NCBI RefSeq assembly: GCF_009914755.1
Contig: NC_060932.1
Source of the DNA: the human T2T-CHM13v2.0 reference genome, Homo sapiens
Length of the DNA: 64,000 nucleotides
Direction: 5' to 3' (one strand)
In this document: positions 1 to 13,825 of the stretch, one piece after another
Position numbering within the stretch: position 1 is the stretch's first letter
How the letters are laid out: each line of letters begins with the position of its first letter
The notes under the pieces: model-generated
Seen by the model: only the letters and a program-made list of their open reading frames with translations
Told to the model about the DNA's origin: nothing
Database searches by the model: none
Made by a program: the position numbers and the translations under genes

Positions 1-197
1 CTATTTTTTTAACTTAACATTGTATTGCCAATATCTTTCCATATTCATTTTTCCAAAACATTATTTATCATATTCCATTGTGTGCCTATACCATAATTTA
101 CTTCAATTATAGGATATCTACCTTGTTTCTGATATTTTGTTACTTTAAAAAATACTGCAGTGACTCTGTGTCTTTTCACACATTGGATAAATGTATT

Positions 198-544
<347 letters not shown>

Positions 545-1310
545 TCATGCTCACTATTTTTAATAACTCAGAAGATGTGTACTGCGTGGCATGCTGTGCT
601 GGGACATGTCCAGGTGCTCCTTGCAGGCATTAGAGCATCGTCATTCAGACGGGTCCTCACCTGGGGCGTCATGCATTTCCTAGATCAGATGAGTTTTAAA
701 GGAGGAGAGTAACTAATGACCTTAGTGGCTAAAGGCGGTCTCAAATCCATGTTTATCTTACCCCCTTTTCCCACAACTGTTAAGAAACAATCATTTCAAG
801 GCCCTGGTAGACTCATTGGAACCACTTGGAAGCAAAGTAACTTGAAGAGTAAGGGGATGAGTTCTGGGCATGCCGTTTGCTCCTGCTGATCCTGACTCTG
901 GTTCCTCCACTTGGACTTTGTCCTTGCCCTCCCGGGAGTGCCCTCTCGCAGTGGGTTCTCCTCCAGTGGCACTGACCTCTCATTTTTGGTTGAGTTTTCT
1001 AGTTCCATTTTCTCTCCAGGTGTGGAGGAGTGCAGGCCTCCTGCCCAGCTCATGGAGCCTGCATTGATGGAACCACCTTGTAAAATAATCCGACCCATTT
1101 TGCAGAGCTGAAAGGATGTGCCTCCTTGTGACCCCATATTTCCCAGTACATCCTAGAGCCCAGGTTTTTAACTTTCAGAGCTTAGGACCTCTTGATGCTA
1201 TTACTAAGGGCCAACAATTCCCCAGAGCTTCTGTTTATGTCTCTTGATGTTTATTGCATTCGAAATTAAAATGGAGAACATTTCAAATTATTTAGTGCTT
1301 CATTTAAAAA

Positions 1311-1649
<339 letters not shown>

Positions 1650-2102
1650 TTACCAAATTTGTGATGAGTAGCATTATTTTATGTTATTTTTTCAGACTTC
1701 TCTAATTTCTGGTATATTAGAAGCATGTGGAGTCTCATGTTTGCATCTTTGATGTGACATGTTATTTTGGTTCAGGTATATGAAGAAAATGCATTCTCAC
1801 ACAAATATGGAGTTAGGCCATATTGATAAACACTTTGTCATTCCTTATGTTGAAATCTGTTGGTCTGTTTTATGCTTTGGAAGGTTCTTTTGCTCATACA
1901 TGAGATTATAGCATCATGCACTGGTCATTTGGAAATTATTGGTTCACTGAATTATGCAGGTCTTCAAAATGCTGACAGATCCTATACAACATGGAAAAAT
2001 CTCATTCATTAATATCACTACCAATTTCATCAGAAAAGCCTTTAAAGTTTTGGAAAGCTTCCTGGCTCATGGTGTTAAATACAGATATTCGAAATTTCTA
2101 TG

Positions 2103-2410
2103 TTTCTTTTTTTTCTTTTTTCTTTTTTTTGAGATGGAGTTTCGCTCCATTGCCCAGGCTGGAGTGCAGTGGTGCATTCTTGGCTCACTGCAACCTCCGC
2201 CTCCCAGGTTCAAGCAATTCTCTGCCTCAGCCTCCCGAGTAGCTGGGATTACAGACACTTGTCACCACGCCCGGCTAATTTTTGTATTTTTAGCAGAGAC
2301 GGGGTTTCGCCATGTTGGCCAGGCTGGTCTTGAACTCCTGACGTCGTGATCCACCCACATCAGCTTCCCAAAGTGCTGGGATTACAGGCGTGAGCCACCG
2401 TGCCTGGCCC
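2103..2410 (-). mobile_element. AluS (Sg-like)
   Basis: poly-T, gagatggagtttcgctc...gagccaccgtgcctggcc. Confidence 0.92.
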
Positions 2411-2601
2411 AAATTTTTAAATTTCTAATTTTTGCTTGGAAGCTTAAATTTGATCACTGATAGCAAATACTTTCAGTTGTTTTTCTGAAAGTTATAGTGT
2501 CTTTGATTCTTTTTTAAAAATAGAATGTCTGCCATGTTGCCAAATCCCAATGACTGTGGTTTTGTCCATCAGTCTTTTTTCACATAAAAACAGAGTTGCG
2601 T

Positions 2602-2691
2602 GAAAGAAAGTGCCGAGTGGAGCTGACGCTGTCACAGTGAAATTGAGAAAGAAAGTGCCGAGTGGAGCTGACGCTGTCACAGTGAAATTGA
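2602..2691 (+). repeat. Perfect 2 x 45-bp tandem duplication
   Basis: gaaagaaagtgccgagtggagctgacgctgtcacagtgaaattga at 2602-2646 and 2647-2691. Confidence 0.95.
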
Positions 2692-3099
2692 GTGCTTCCG
2701 TTTAAGACAGTCGTTTCCTTTGCAGCAGAAGCGCTTTATGGGACTTTCCATTTGGTCAGTCACTCAGATGGCTGAAAAGAGCTGAGATTTAATAAAACTG
2801 ATCTTGGTTGATGCCTCATCAAGGATGTTCTTTAGTGAAACAGACTCTTTTTAAACTGCAAGTGTTTGCTGTGGAAGGTGCCATGAGGACTTGTGCCACT
2901 GGTGCTGGCTGTGTTGACTTCTTTGGAGACACCAGCAAGCAGCTAGCTCTCCCCTATGTGTGCACTGTTAGGCAACCCTCATCATTATAATGAAAGTAGT
3001 TTTGACGTCTTGAACCCCTGAAAGAGTGTCAGTGGCTCCCAGGAAAAGGTTGTCCACACTGCCTAAGAGAAATTTTTTTAAGGTGCATAATGTGGCGTT

Positions 3100-3295
3100 T
3101 TTAAAGTTACCAGTTTTTTGTGTAGTGAGAAAATTCGAGATCTATTCTCAGCACATTTTATGTGCGCAATACAGTATTATTAACTATAGTCACCATGTTG
3201 TACAATAGAACCCCAGAACCTGTTCATCTATAAGTGAAAATTTGTATTACCCTTTGACATTTCTCCATCCCTCTCGCCTCCCTTCAGCCCCTAGG
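3100..3295 (-). mobile_element. L1MA-type 3' end fragment
   Basis: caatacagtattattaactatagtcaccatgttgtacaatagaacccc...cagcccct. Confidence 0.75.
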
Positions 3296-3830
3296 AGAAA
3301 CTCTTATACAAGTGACCAAGAAATGTGTTCAAAATGTTCACGGACGCAGTATCTGTAATACTAAAATTTGGAAACACATATAAATGTTCATTGACTAGAG
3401 AATGTATAAATTGTGTTGTATTTATAATGTAACTGAATATTACACAGCAGTGGAAAATGAACTGCAGCTTCATACATCAGAAAGGGTATATCTTAGAAAC
3501 ATCCCATAGAGAATAAAAAGCAAGTCATACAGGGAGACATATAATAGGATTGGATTTAGATAAAGTTTAAAAACCTGGAAAATAAGCAATATATTGATTA
3601 TGGTTACATATATGATACAACCATAATAAAAATCAAGGGACTAATTAGTTGAAAATGCATGACACTGGTTAGCCTGGGTGGGGAAGAAGATGGCCAGGGA
3701 GTTGTGTCCAGGAGTCTTTGAGGGTAGGGCTGGTATGGTAGGTTCATTGATGTAACTTTCCTTGTTATTCTGAATACCTTAGATGTATAGGTGTTAGTTT
3801 GCTGTGTCTAATATTTAACTAAATTAGAAA
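3296..3830 (+). mobile_element. L1ME/L1MC-type 3' end fragment
   Basis: aatgttcacggacgcagtatctgtaata...ggaaac...aaatgttcattgactagagaat...gaatattacacagcagtggaaaatgaa. Confidence 0.65.
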
Positions 3831-4849
3831 AATTTTAATGGTCTTTCCATTTCAAATGGTCATCAGTTGTTCCCTAACTGCCTAGAAGAGAACGAGGATT
3901 TTTAAAAAGACAAGCAAATAGCATTCCACAGAACGGTTTCATTTTCAGTACAGAACTGCCAGTGCCTGTTGTACCAATTTGTCTCTGCTTGGCCAATATT
4001 GATCTCTGTGAAAGGCCATGAGAGTTTGAAGGTTTGCCATTGACACCAGGCGTCATCACCTGGCAGGTCTTCATGCTCATGGAAGCTCACCCGTGTATGC
4101 TGTATTTGAGTTTGCTTCCCGAAGACTGCGAGCCTGTCTCAGAAACCACCTTCCCAGGCGCACATTTGCCTCTTCACCTCACATATGTTTATGGAGTTAA
4201 ACCTGTGGTGCCTTTCTTTTCATAGTATCCCCCTTACAGCTTTCCAAGTGCCCAGCGAGGCCTCTCAATGTCAGAAGCAGGTGCGTCGCTCTGTTTCCAC
4301 CCACTGGAATCTTGTGTGTCCATTCATCCTCCTCCCTCCTCCCCACTGCTGCCTGCCCCAGTGTCAGTTTTTGGAAGTAAATTCTACCTTCTCTGTGTGC
4401 TGCTCTGTGTGAGGTTCCTTGATCCCCATTTCTGAGCCCCGGGTTGGGTGGGCTTCCTTCTTGGCTTGTCTGCCTTAACAGGGTTGCTGCACACGGATGT
4501 TACTCATTTATAATACGTGGGATCTACTACTTGGAGTGACAGTGCTCCGTTTTTCTTTTTTTCCCCAAAACTTCAAGGCTTTTTTCACTTAATGTTCCAG
4601 ATAAACTTTTGAATTATTATCCCAACTTCCTCAAAAAGTCTTACATGAATTTTAAATAGGATTGCATTGTTGCAATCTTCCGGCTTGGGAAGAATGGACA
4701 TATTCCCAATATCTTACCTTGTTGAACAAATGTGGTGCCCTTGCCATTTGCAGCTCTCTGTTCTCATCTGTAGTTTTCCTGGGAACAACAAGGGGTGGCG
4801 GCCTTGAGTGGCATGTGTTGCTCGGTATTAAGAACACAGACAGCAGCCC

Positions 4850-5050
4850 AGACCGCCCAGATTGAAGTCTTGGCTTTAACCTTTTGGGCCCTGTGACTTT
4901 GGGAGGCTTATTAACCCCTCTTCCTTCATAGCCCTCTTCAGAAAGATGGGGTGATGGTGGAGTTAAATTCCCTGGTGGGGCTGTTTTGAGGATGGTTACC
5001 AACACAGGCCAAATGTTGACACTAGTACCAAGCACATTGTATAAAGCAAG
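4850..5050 (+). mobile_element. MIR SINE
   Basis: ctgtgactttgggaggcttattaacccctct...agaaagatggggtgat...ggctgttttgaggat. Confidence 0.65.
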
Positions 5051-6784
5051 CTTGAGATATATAATTTGTGTGTGCGTCTGGTGCATTTCTTTTGAGTTTA
5101 TTTCTCACGGGCTTCACTTCCTGTGCAGTGGTGGATGTGATATTGGAAACTTTTCCACTGTGCACAGCGTCTGAAGACTTGCAGCCGACAAGCTGTGCTC
5201 CCCAGGAGCTCAAAAGCTGCTTGGCAAGGCCAGGCCTTGTTAGGAAAACACAGTGTGCCCCAGAAAGCTCATGGTTATTTGGTGCATGAACGGTATTGAC
5301 AGGGTCACAGTGAGTGTGTGGGGGTGGCTGGAGATCACTGCAGGCTGGTGTGGCCAGTGAAGGCCAAATGAGAGGACCCTCTCAGCTCTGAGAATCATCT
5401 GTCCACCCGCTGGTTCCTGGCATGACAGGGGCCACAGCCCAGACACCACTCAGAGTTTTCTGAAGGACCAGGGCAGGAGGGGCCACAGAGCCACGCATCA
5501 TGGGCATCAAAACACCCCTGAAACCTGATATTTTAGACTGCTGCCTCCGTTTTCCTACACCCACATTCCATTTACAGATCTAATACATGTGATGGCAAAA
5601 TAGCCAAAGATTTTCCACACTTGTCAATTCCAGTTACTTAGGCAAGGGAAGCCCTCTCCAATCTGTCCTGAGGTCTAACCATGATTCAGGGTTTATTTTA
5701 TGCTTTTCCAGGTACTTTAGTGCACATGTGTCACTGTTTAAATGGTATTTAAGTGGGAACAGGATTATCGTGGTTGTCCAGCAACTTGCTTCTGTCATTT
5801 CTTATACATTTCCATGAGAGAATGGATGAAATTGAGTTTTAATTTTGTTTTCACATTTCACACCTCCCCTCCTGTTCATCAGAGCTATCTTACTAGATTG
5901 CTCCAAGACACACACATCAGGGTCTAAGAAATGTCACCTGTCAGTTGTCCTGGCTTATAATTTCAAGCACCCAAGCTGGTTGGAAAGCTCAGACCATTTG
6001 CAAAGATGTGGGAGAGGAGGTTTTCTTAAAGAATCAGAGTCAGTTGGAAACATGGGGAATGAGGCCTTTAGCTGGCTTCGGAGAGAGTCCTGGACCTGGC
6101 ATAGGATGGATAACGGCAAGAGCTGGGGGCCTTTGAAGGCAGGGTCAGTGCTTGTGGGACAGCCAGAGGCCCCTCCAGGGCCTCCTGTCTTCCCCATGGC
6201 ACCACGGATGACCCTGGAAGAGGAGCCAGGGAAACCCAAGGGTGCATTCCATCGGCCCTGTGTGTGGAGTTCAGGTTAAAAGTTGTCCTTCGTTGATCTA
6301 TAGAAAACGCAGGGCTGCTGTGTCTTGGAAGCTGGGTTTAAAGCGTATTTTTCACCCGTGACTCCATTATGCTCAGAACTCTCATATGTCCAAAACACCA
6401 GCCTAGAGATGCTGATATTAGGCCACTGCTGATGTGTATTTGGATTGTGTCCATGTTCTACCGTTAGAAACGGGCAGCAGTGTTCATCTTTGTGCTCCTG
6501 TCATTATTTCAGAGGGATACATTGTTGCAATTTCTTAGTGTTGAAATAGTCAAATGACTGTCCTACATAATGACCGTCATTAATGACAGTATCTCTAATG
6601 CCTTACCCTTGTCAGTCTAGTTTTATTAATCTTTCAAAAATCTTTGTCATTCAGCTGTGTTTATTTTATTCCAGCAGAAATGAACATTTTAGAAGAAGGT
6701 GTAGGCTGGTAATAATATGTGTCTAATTGGTATAGTTTCTCATTATGAAAGAAATTATATATGGGAAAAATATTTTAAAAATAT

Positions 6785-7385
6785 TTTTATTGTGGGAAAA
6801 ATATATTAAAAACATAGGATTTCCCTCACCTGCCATTTTAAATGTCCAATTCAGTGACATACAATACGTTCCTGGTGCTGTGTGACCCTCACCACTGTCC
6901 ACCTCTGAAACTCCGTCATCCCTGTAGAAACTCTGTGTCATTAAACAGCAGCCCTCGCTAACCCACCCCCAGCCCCTGGCAGCCTCTGTTCATTCTTTCT
7001 GTGTCTATAAATCTGACCATTCTAGATGTTTCTCAAAAGCGGAGTTATACAATATTTATAATGTTGATCTGGCTTATTTCAGTTAGCATGATGTTTTCAA
7101 GATTCATTTATGTGGTGGCCTGTGTCAGAACTGCATTCCTTTATATGTCTGAACAGTAATCCATTGTGTGGACACCCCCCCACCGCCGCCATGTTTTGTC
7201 GATCCATTCATCTATTGATGGGCATTTGGGCCATTTCTGCCTTTGGCTGTTGTGAATAGTCAACAGTGGACACTGGGGCATGAGTATGCGTGCAGGTCCC
7301 AGTCTTCCCCTCCGTTGCTCATCTCCCTCGGGAATGACCTACAAGTGGAATTGCAGGGTCATATGGTGATTCTGGTTTTCATTGT
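6785..7385 (-). mobile_element. L1MB-type 3' end fragment
   Basis: ccattttaaatgtccaattcagtgac...cccagcccctggcagcctct...tggcttatttcagttagcatgatgttttcaagattcat. Confidence 0.8.
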
Positions 7386-9155
7386 TTCTGTGGGGATGAG
7401 AGATGGAAGCGGCTCATTCAGACATCTTTCTGGAATAGTGTTTTGCAGGCATTCCAGTGATTGTAATGCCATTAGTTATTGGAAATTAAACTAGACCTCC
7501 AAAAAAAAAAAAAAAAAAAAAACTTTTCCCGGGGATGTTAATGATGGGAAAGACCCAAGAAAAATCAAGCCATGCAAATGGAAGCCTCGTGCTTCTGTGT
7601 TGTATTTAGGGCATATTTCTGTATCTAGCATACCAAAGGTTAGAAGAGTTTCAGTAGTTTAGTTGAACCAAGTCTTCAACTATTGAACCAAGGTATTGAA
7701 ATGGAAAGGGCATATTGTGAGACTTAGAATGGGAGCAGGATCTACAGGAAAAGATTTGATGATGGGACAGGAGACAGTTGCTCGGAAATCTTATACATAC
7801 AAACTATGCAATGAGAACATAAGGTGGCTTGATATGATTTTATTAAAGAAAATTTAGATGTTTTGGTGTGTGGGCTTTTGAAGCATTGATGCTGAAGATT
7901 ATGCAGCAACAAAATGTCTTTCCACGGATACAATCCAAATTCAGTGAGAAGGGCATGCTATGATAATATCCACATAATTTTAATTATGGCTATGTAGAGG
8001 GTGCTTGCATATGACTAAAAGCTAACAGTAATAAAGTGATAATATGTATTGTGTCAGGGTAGTTGGATAAAAATATATTTCCTAATTTTTTAATAAACTT
8101 GCTTATACGTCTCCAAAAGACATGTAAAAGAGTGAGTGTTTCAGAGGAAAGAAGAGTTGTGTAAGTGCAGCAGCTGGTGTTGTGGCTCTAATGTTTTGGG
8201 GAAGGAGGTCTCAAGTGCATTTGTGTGGCACACATGACAGAATAATTGATGTCTGCTCCACTGTCACGGATGAGCCAGGCAGGGCTGGGTCCCTCAGAGA
8301 AACGGCCCTGTCCTGTGAGAAACGCCACTGCAGTCACGATTTTCCCACAGCCTTAGCTCTGAGAATGCCCTGGCTCATGCTGGCTTAGAATGTGGTCTTG
8401 AAGAGCTTGAAGATGGTGCTGTCTTCTGTGTCCAGGGCAGCCTTGTGCAACAGAAAGCTCTGTGCCCGTCGTCACAAGGCTTGCTTCCTCACTGGGATGT
8501 GAGTCCACTGGGCAACACTCTTCATTCCATTGAACTTGAGTGTGGTCTTCTGGGAAACTGTTACTGGTTGCCAGTCATGTGACATTGTGAGAGTTAATTC
8601 ATCATGGGTGTGAGAGGTCTCTGTGAGAGATGCAAGGTCTGATTGGCTCAAGGGCAAATAGCTTGTCCATCTGACATTCACTTTTATTTTAAACTAAAGA
8701 GGAGAGAATATGACTATATTCTCATTTATAAGAAACATTCTCAAGTCATTAAAAACAATGATTTTCATGCTCATATAAAATGAGTTTTATTTAACTTATT
8801 GATGAGGCAAATTGAGTGAACAGCTGTCTCAAAAAGGATTTACATAGTGAGGAAAGGAATACTGAAAAAAGATAGTTATGCTAGGTATAAAACTGAGTAT
8901 TGTTCTACAGGGCAATAAACTGATGTTTGAGGATTATCCTCTCTGTTAGAAAGTAATAAAATCTTCAACCCTTAAGTTTTCTAGTTAGGCTCTAAGTTTA
9001 AAAGGTTTTAAATGTTAATAATTTGTTAGTCACGGTTATGTTTCCAAAGATGGCCCAGTTCCCCTCATATGGGTTCTTACATGCTGTTAGAAGTGCATAT
9101 AGTCATCTTTAAAAATTTATTTCCAAGTTTTGGGCAATTATTCCTGAAGTATATC

Positions 9156-9460
9156 TTTTTTTTTTTTTTTTTTTTTTTTCCGAGACACTCTCACGCTGTC
9201 GTCCATGCTGGAGTGAAGTGGCACAATCTTGGCTCACTGCAACCTCCACCTCCTGGCTTCAATCGATTCTCGTGCCTCAGCCTCCAGAGTAGCTGGGATT
9301 ACAGGCAGGCACCACCACGCCAGCTGTTTGTATTTTTAGTAGAGACGGAGTTTCACCACATTGGCCAGGGTGGTCTTGAACTCCTCCTGACCACAGGCAA
9401 TCCGTCTGCCTTGGCCTCCCAAAGTGCTGGGATTACAAGCATGGGCCACCACTCCCGGCC
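9156..9460 (-). mobile_element. AluS
   Basis: poly-T plus antisense Alu body; degenerate TSD ctgaagtatatctt / ctgaattgtatctt. Confidence 0.92.
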
Positions 9461-9626
9461 CTGAATTGTATCTTCTGTGATCGTAAATCTCCCTAATGAT
9501 TATTCTTTATCATAAAAGGCTACTCTCACTTGTGTTCATACAAAGACCGTTAATTGAATTTGTTGTTTAGTCAGCTGGTATTTACTTATCTGATAGATAC
9601 TGGAAATTGGACATACATTTAATTTA

Positions 9627-9861
9627 CAGATGCTCCTCGACTTATGATGGAGTTATAGCCCGATAAACCTATTGTAAGTTGAAAGTATTGTAAGTTGAAA
9701 TGCATTTAATACTCTGATAAGCCCATGGTAAAGTTGAAACATCATAAGTTGAACCATTATAAGTCCAAATGCTTCTTGACTTACGATGGGGTTATGTCCC
9801 AATAAACTGATTGTAAACTCAAAAATTGTAAGTTGAACCATCATAAGTCTGGAACTGTCTG
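9627..9861 (+). mobile_element. MER47/Tigger-family MITE (TcMar)
   Basis: TA|cagatgctcctcgacttatgatgg ... catcataagtctggaactgtctg|TA: terminal inverted repeats, TA TSD, internal repeat of the TIR. Confidence 0.75.
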
Positions 9862-12800
9862 TATGCCATTTATACAGTTATGATTCCAAAAAGTAATTGT
9901 GCTGCCATTGATATTCTTTTTCATCAATTTTCTAATTTGGAGAAGGGATTCTGCACAGACCCCCAAGTTGACACCAATTCAGTGGTGGCTCTCTCATGTT
10001 GCCTGTGAACGATACTTAGACGTTGTACATATTCCATTAGGCTTGCCTGATCTGTGCACATAGATGCATTAAAAGGTCTTGGTTAGTGTACATACTTCTT
10101 CATATGTGGTCTGCGAAAGCTGGGGCCATACAATATCAAGGCCACTGACTTCTATCATGTGGCTTTGTAAAGTTCCTGATGTCTTATTTTGACCCCTTCA
10201 GTCATTCCAGAACTGTGTGCTCAGGAAAATGAGTTCCATCATCAGCTCATTTATTTTCAGGCTTGGATCCAAGAACCGTCCAGTTTGACTCCACACAATT
10301 TTGCATATTTCACCTGTAACAGAGGGTGTATGCTTCTTTCTAGAAGTCCCTGTTTGCCGAGGTTCTGGCTTGCAGAAGTGACATTCTTTTCTTTCTTTAA
10401 GGTGTGTACTTAAGCCAAAATGTAGACACCAGTTCTGTTTCTAAGGAGGGCTTTCTGAATATCATTTCTATATAGGGGGAGCTGTCCTGGCTGTGCAACA
10501 GTGGGACCTGTCATTTCATTGAATGATATTTTCCTTAAATTTATACACAAGTATTTCTGATTATTAAGACATTAGAATTAATACATTTTCAAAGTAACAT
10601 ACTAGTATTTTTATTTTCTTTTAATTAAAACATAACTATGTGAAAATTATGGGAGATATGAAAGAAATTTATCCCGACATTCTGACATTGTTAAAGTTAT
10701 ACGTTTGTGTAAATTTTTTGTTTTCTTCTCTGGTAGAAATAAGGGCAGGTTCTTATTGAAACTGTAAAAGTAACTAAACTGTCATGATGAGTACTGGACT
10801 CGGGAAGTCTTCATAGACCTTTTGATCACCATGTGGAGTGGCTTTGCTGGCAAGGCCGATCAATATGTGGATTATTTTCTCCAGCGTCATCATGGACGCC
10901 ACCAGTGTGGCCATCCACACAGAGATTTGATTGGTTTCAGGCTATAGTAGTTAGAATGAATATAATTTAAGTGTAATCATTAATGAGATTTCTAAGCTTA
11001 GCATTTGTAAAAGCATTTCTCTGAATTGTAATTATCATAGTCGTCATCATACTTGTGTTTGGATGGCTCATTTTCTTATAATTTGCATTATATTTTCCAT
11101 AGCACATTTTTACCAAATTCTGAGGAATTAGTTGGAACAAGATACCAGTGAAAGGGTCTCCCATCTCAAGTAGTAAAATTACAGCTAAAAACAGATGGCG
11201 AAGTAAGGAGAGGGGCTTCTTCCCCTGGCCCTAGAAAGCAGAACACTGAATACAATTAAATTACCCTCATCAGTGCCATCCGGTCTCCATAATTAACTTT
11301 TGTTCTGCCTGATCTTGGGTCAGCAGCTGCCAGTGCAAGTCGCTTGCCTTTGGAGTCAGTGTCCAGGAGTTGCTGACCCGTCCTTGCACTGTGGCCGTGG
11401 GGCGCTGCTGGGAGTCCATGCTGGGGTGGGCGCCTTGAGGGAGCCTCCTGGGGCTGCTCACATGGGCCCTGGCCTGACCTGTGCTCCCAGAGACTCCTTT
11501 TGAGGTCACCTGCTCCAGCAGAGGCCCCCGCCCTCCGAGAGGGGAGTGGGAAACCAACCCTGTGACAAAATGGAGAGGCTCCGCTTGGTATTCCCGGCAA
11601 CAACGACATCAGATGGAGCAGAGTGGAACCCTCCCTGGAGACATGATGTGCTATGACTCCACAGGGGTGGCCGTAGCGGCAGGGGTGGTCACGGCAGGGA
11701 GCATGGCCCTCAGCACCCAGGCGCAGGACACTTTGCTGTGGCCCTCAGGTGACAAGAGCCTTGGAAACCCTGATGGCCTTCGTAGGATCCATCTGTGGGT
11801 GGCTTTCATGCCAGGCTTTGTGACCGTGCCTCCCTCCATGCTGAGGTACCGACTGCAGCAGCCCATTCCCATGGTCAGGAGGCAGGTCTTAGGTTCGGGG
11901 TCCTCTGATGGGAAAAGTGTGGGAATGGGCAGCCCTCGCACAGCCATGCTGGCTGCTGTGCCCCTCTTATCCGGGACTGTGTGGGCTTCGGTGCGGGCGC
12001 CATCCAGGAAAGCACCAGTGACATCAGCATGAAAAGCAGCAACAGCGGTCACCCCTCGGAGCTTCTTGTGTCGAAGGAGAGTCCACACCCAGGAAGGAGA
12101 TGGCCACTGGTCTCATAGGACCTTGCCTGCAGGGAGCAGAGGTGGATGTAGCTTCGCCACCCCACGACCCCATTTGGAAACAGTGTTTGAAAATGAGTAT
12201 TTCAGAAGGCACCCTACGTAAGGCAAGTCAGCTCTCAGATGTGAGGGAGAAACAAAAGTTAGCAGCTTTGGAGTGGACGTATTTTGGAATGTGAGCTCCC
12301 TGGGCAGATTACACAAAAGATAAAGAATAACCTTTTACTGCCTTTTCTTATTTAATTACCAGTCTTCTCTATGTATATGGTACATATATGCATTTTTGCT
12401 TATTAATTTTAATATAACTTTTATGTATGTAAAATATTCATATGGATGACTATTAAAGTAAGCGTTAAATGTAATTCCTCTCAACACAACGTAAGCAAGG
12501 AATAATCACATTAATTTTATCATCTTAATTGGAACTTTACAAAAAGGAAATTGAGACAGTAAAAACTGTGGTTGGTGACCCCCAGGACCTACTCTTGCTC
12601 TGCCTCGGTGAATTTAATTTAATATTGTCTGGGTAACCAAAGATTTCTCATTTATTAACTCAATATTATTTCAAGATCCTAATGTCATTTATGAACAGTA
12701 GGAATTCCATTAAACATTACATAAAAGACCCAGCACCATCACAGTTAACATGAAAAATTTGACAGCGGGATGACATTTAAAATTTTTGTGCAATTAATAC

Positions 12801-13825
12801 AAGTGTAAAGCCAAGTCCAGGTGGCTTGCAGCATTGCCTGAAGTTCGAAAGAACTGACTCTTTTTTTATCCTCTAGAGATCACTTATTAAAATTCAACTT
12901 AGTCGACCCAAATGTGTATATTTTTATAATCTCAAACATTATTTGGAAACGATAACTGATAAAACTATATGGAAAACTTTAGGAAGTTTATGCTTCCCAC
13001 GAGAAAACAAATTCAAGTCTTATGTAAAATAAAATGCATGCTTCCCTTGTATTCTATGTCGTGATACATTCAGGGAGACATAAAGCTGTTTTTAAACCCC
13101 AAATTTTTGAACCTATCTGACGTCTTCAGGGATTCACCTTAATTTGAAGCATGATAGTCCTGTGTCTAGGTGGACTCTCTGTTTATAAACCAGTAATGAA
13201 AAAGTGCTTCACAGAGGGCTGTTCCCGCATGTTTTTATGCACGCAGCCCTGGTGGCGCTGTACTGTCGTGGACTCTGCTGCGACGCAGTTGTCACTTGCT
13301 GTCCTGCGTTGAAGACCTTTCTGTGTAGACACACAATTCTCCCACAGAGCAGAGTCGCAGAGGACCCAGCCTTTTATTCAAAGCCTATCGTAAGTCAAGA
13401 ACAATTATTTCTAACATGCTGTGCCTATCTCCAGGTTCAGCTGTTTATTTGAAACGTAAACAGAGTCCTTGGGAAATGTTGCTGGTATCTGCCGTGTTCC
13501 CCACGCGGGAAGCCAGAGAGCGTGGCAAGTGTCTGTCCCATCCTGGGGCCTCGGCCTCCTAATGTTCCTCACCAAGGCCTGGTCCTTCTTCAGGGGTCCC
13601 AGTGTGGCTTCTGCCCACACCCAAGGGGCCCAGGCCTTTGGACATTTGCTCTCAAGGGTGGGCACCGCCTCCACCTACCCTCCCCCGAGGGCCACACTTC
13701 CTGCTGCTCTGTGCAGATTCTACTGGAAGCCCTTCCAGTGCTGCCAGGCTCGGATCCTGGTGGCCTTGCGATGGCCTTTGGCTCCGCCTGTGGCCATGCT
13801 CCGGGGGGTACTGCCTTCCCGCTCG

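Noticed and set aside
10715-10930. Possible exon after a polypyrimidine tract + AG at ~10736
   Set aside because: No clear donor or recognisable reading frame; such acceptors are common by chance.
11256-12088. GC-rich 117-183-aa ORFs
   Set aside because: Overlapping on both strands, no recognisable protein, no splice signals; expected in GC-rich DNA.
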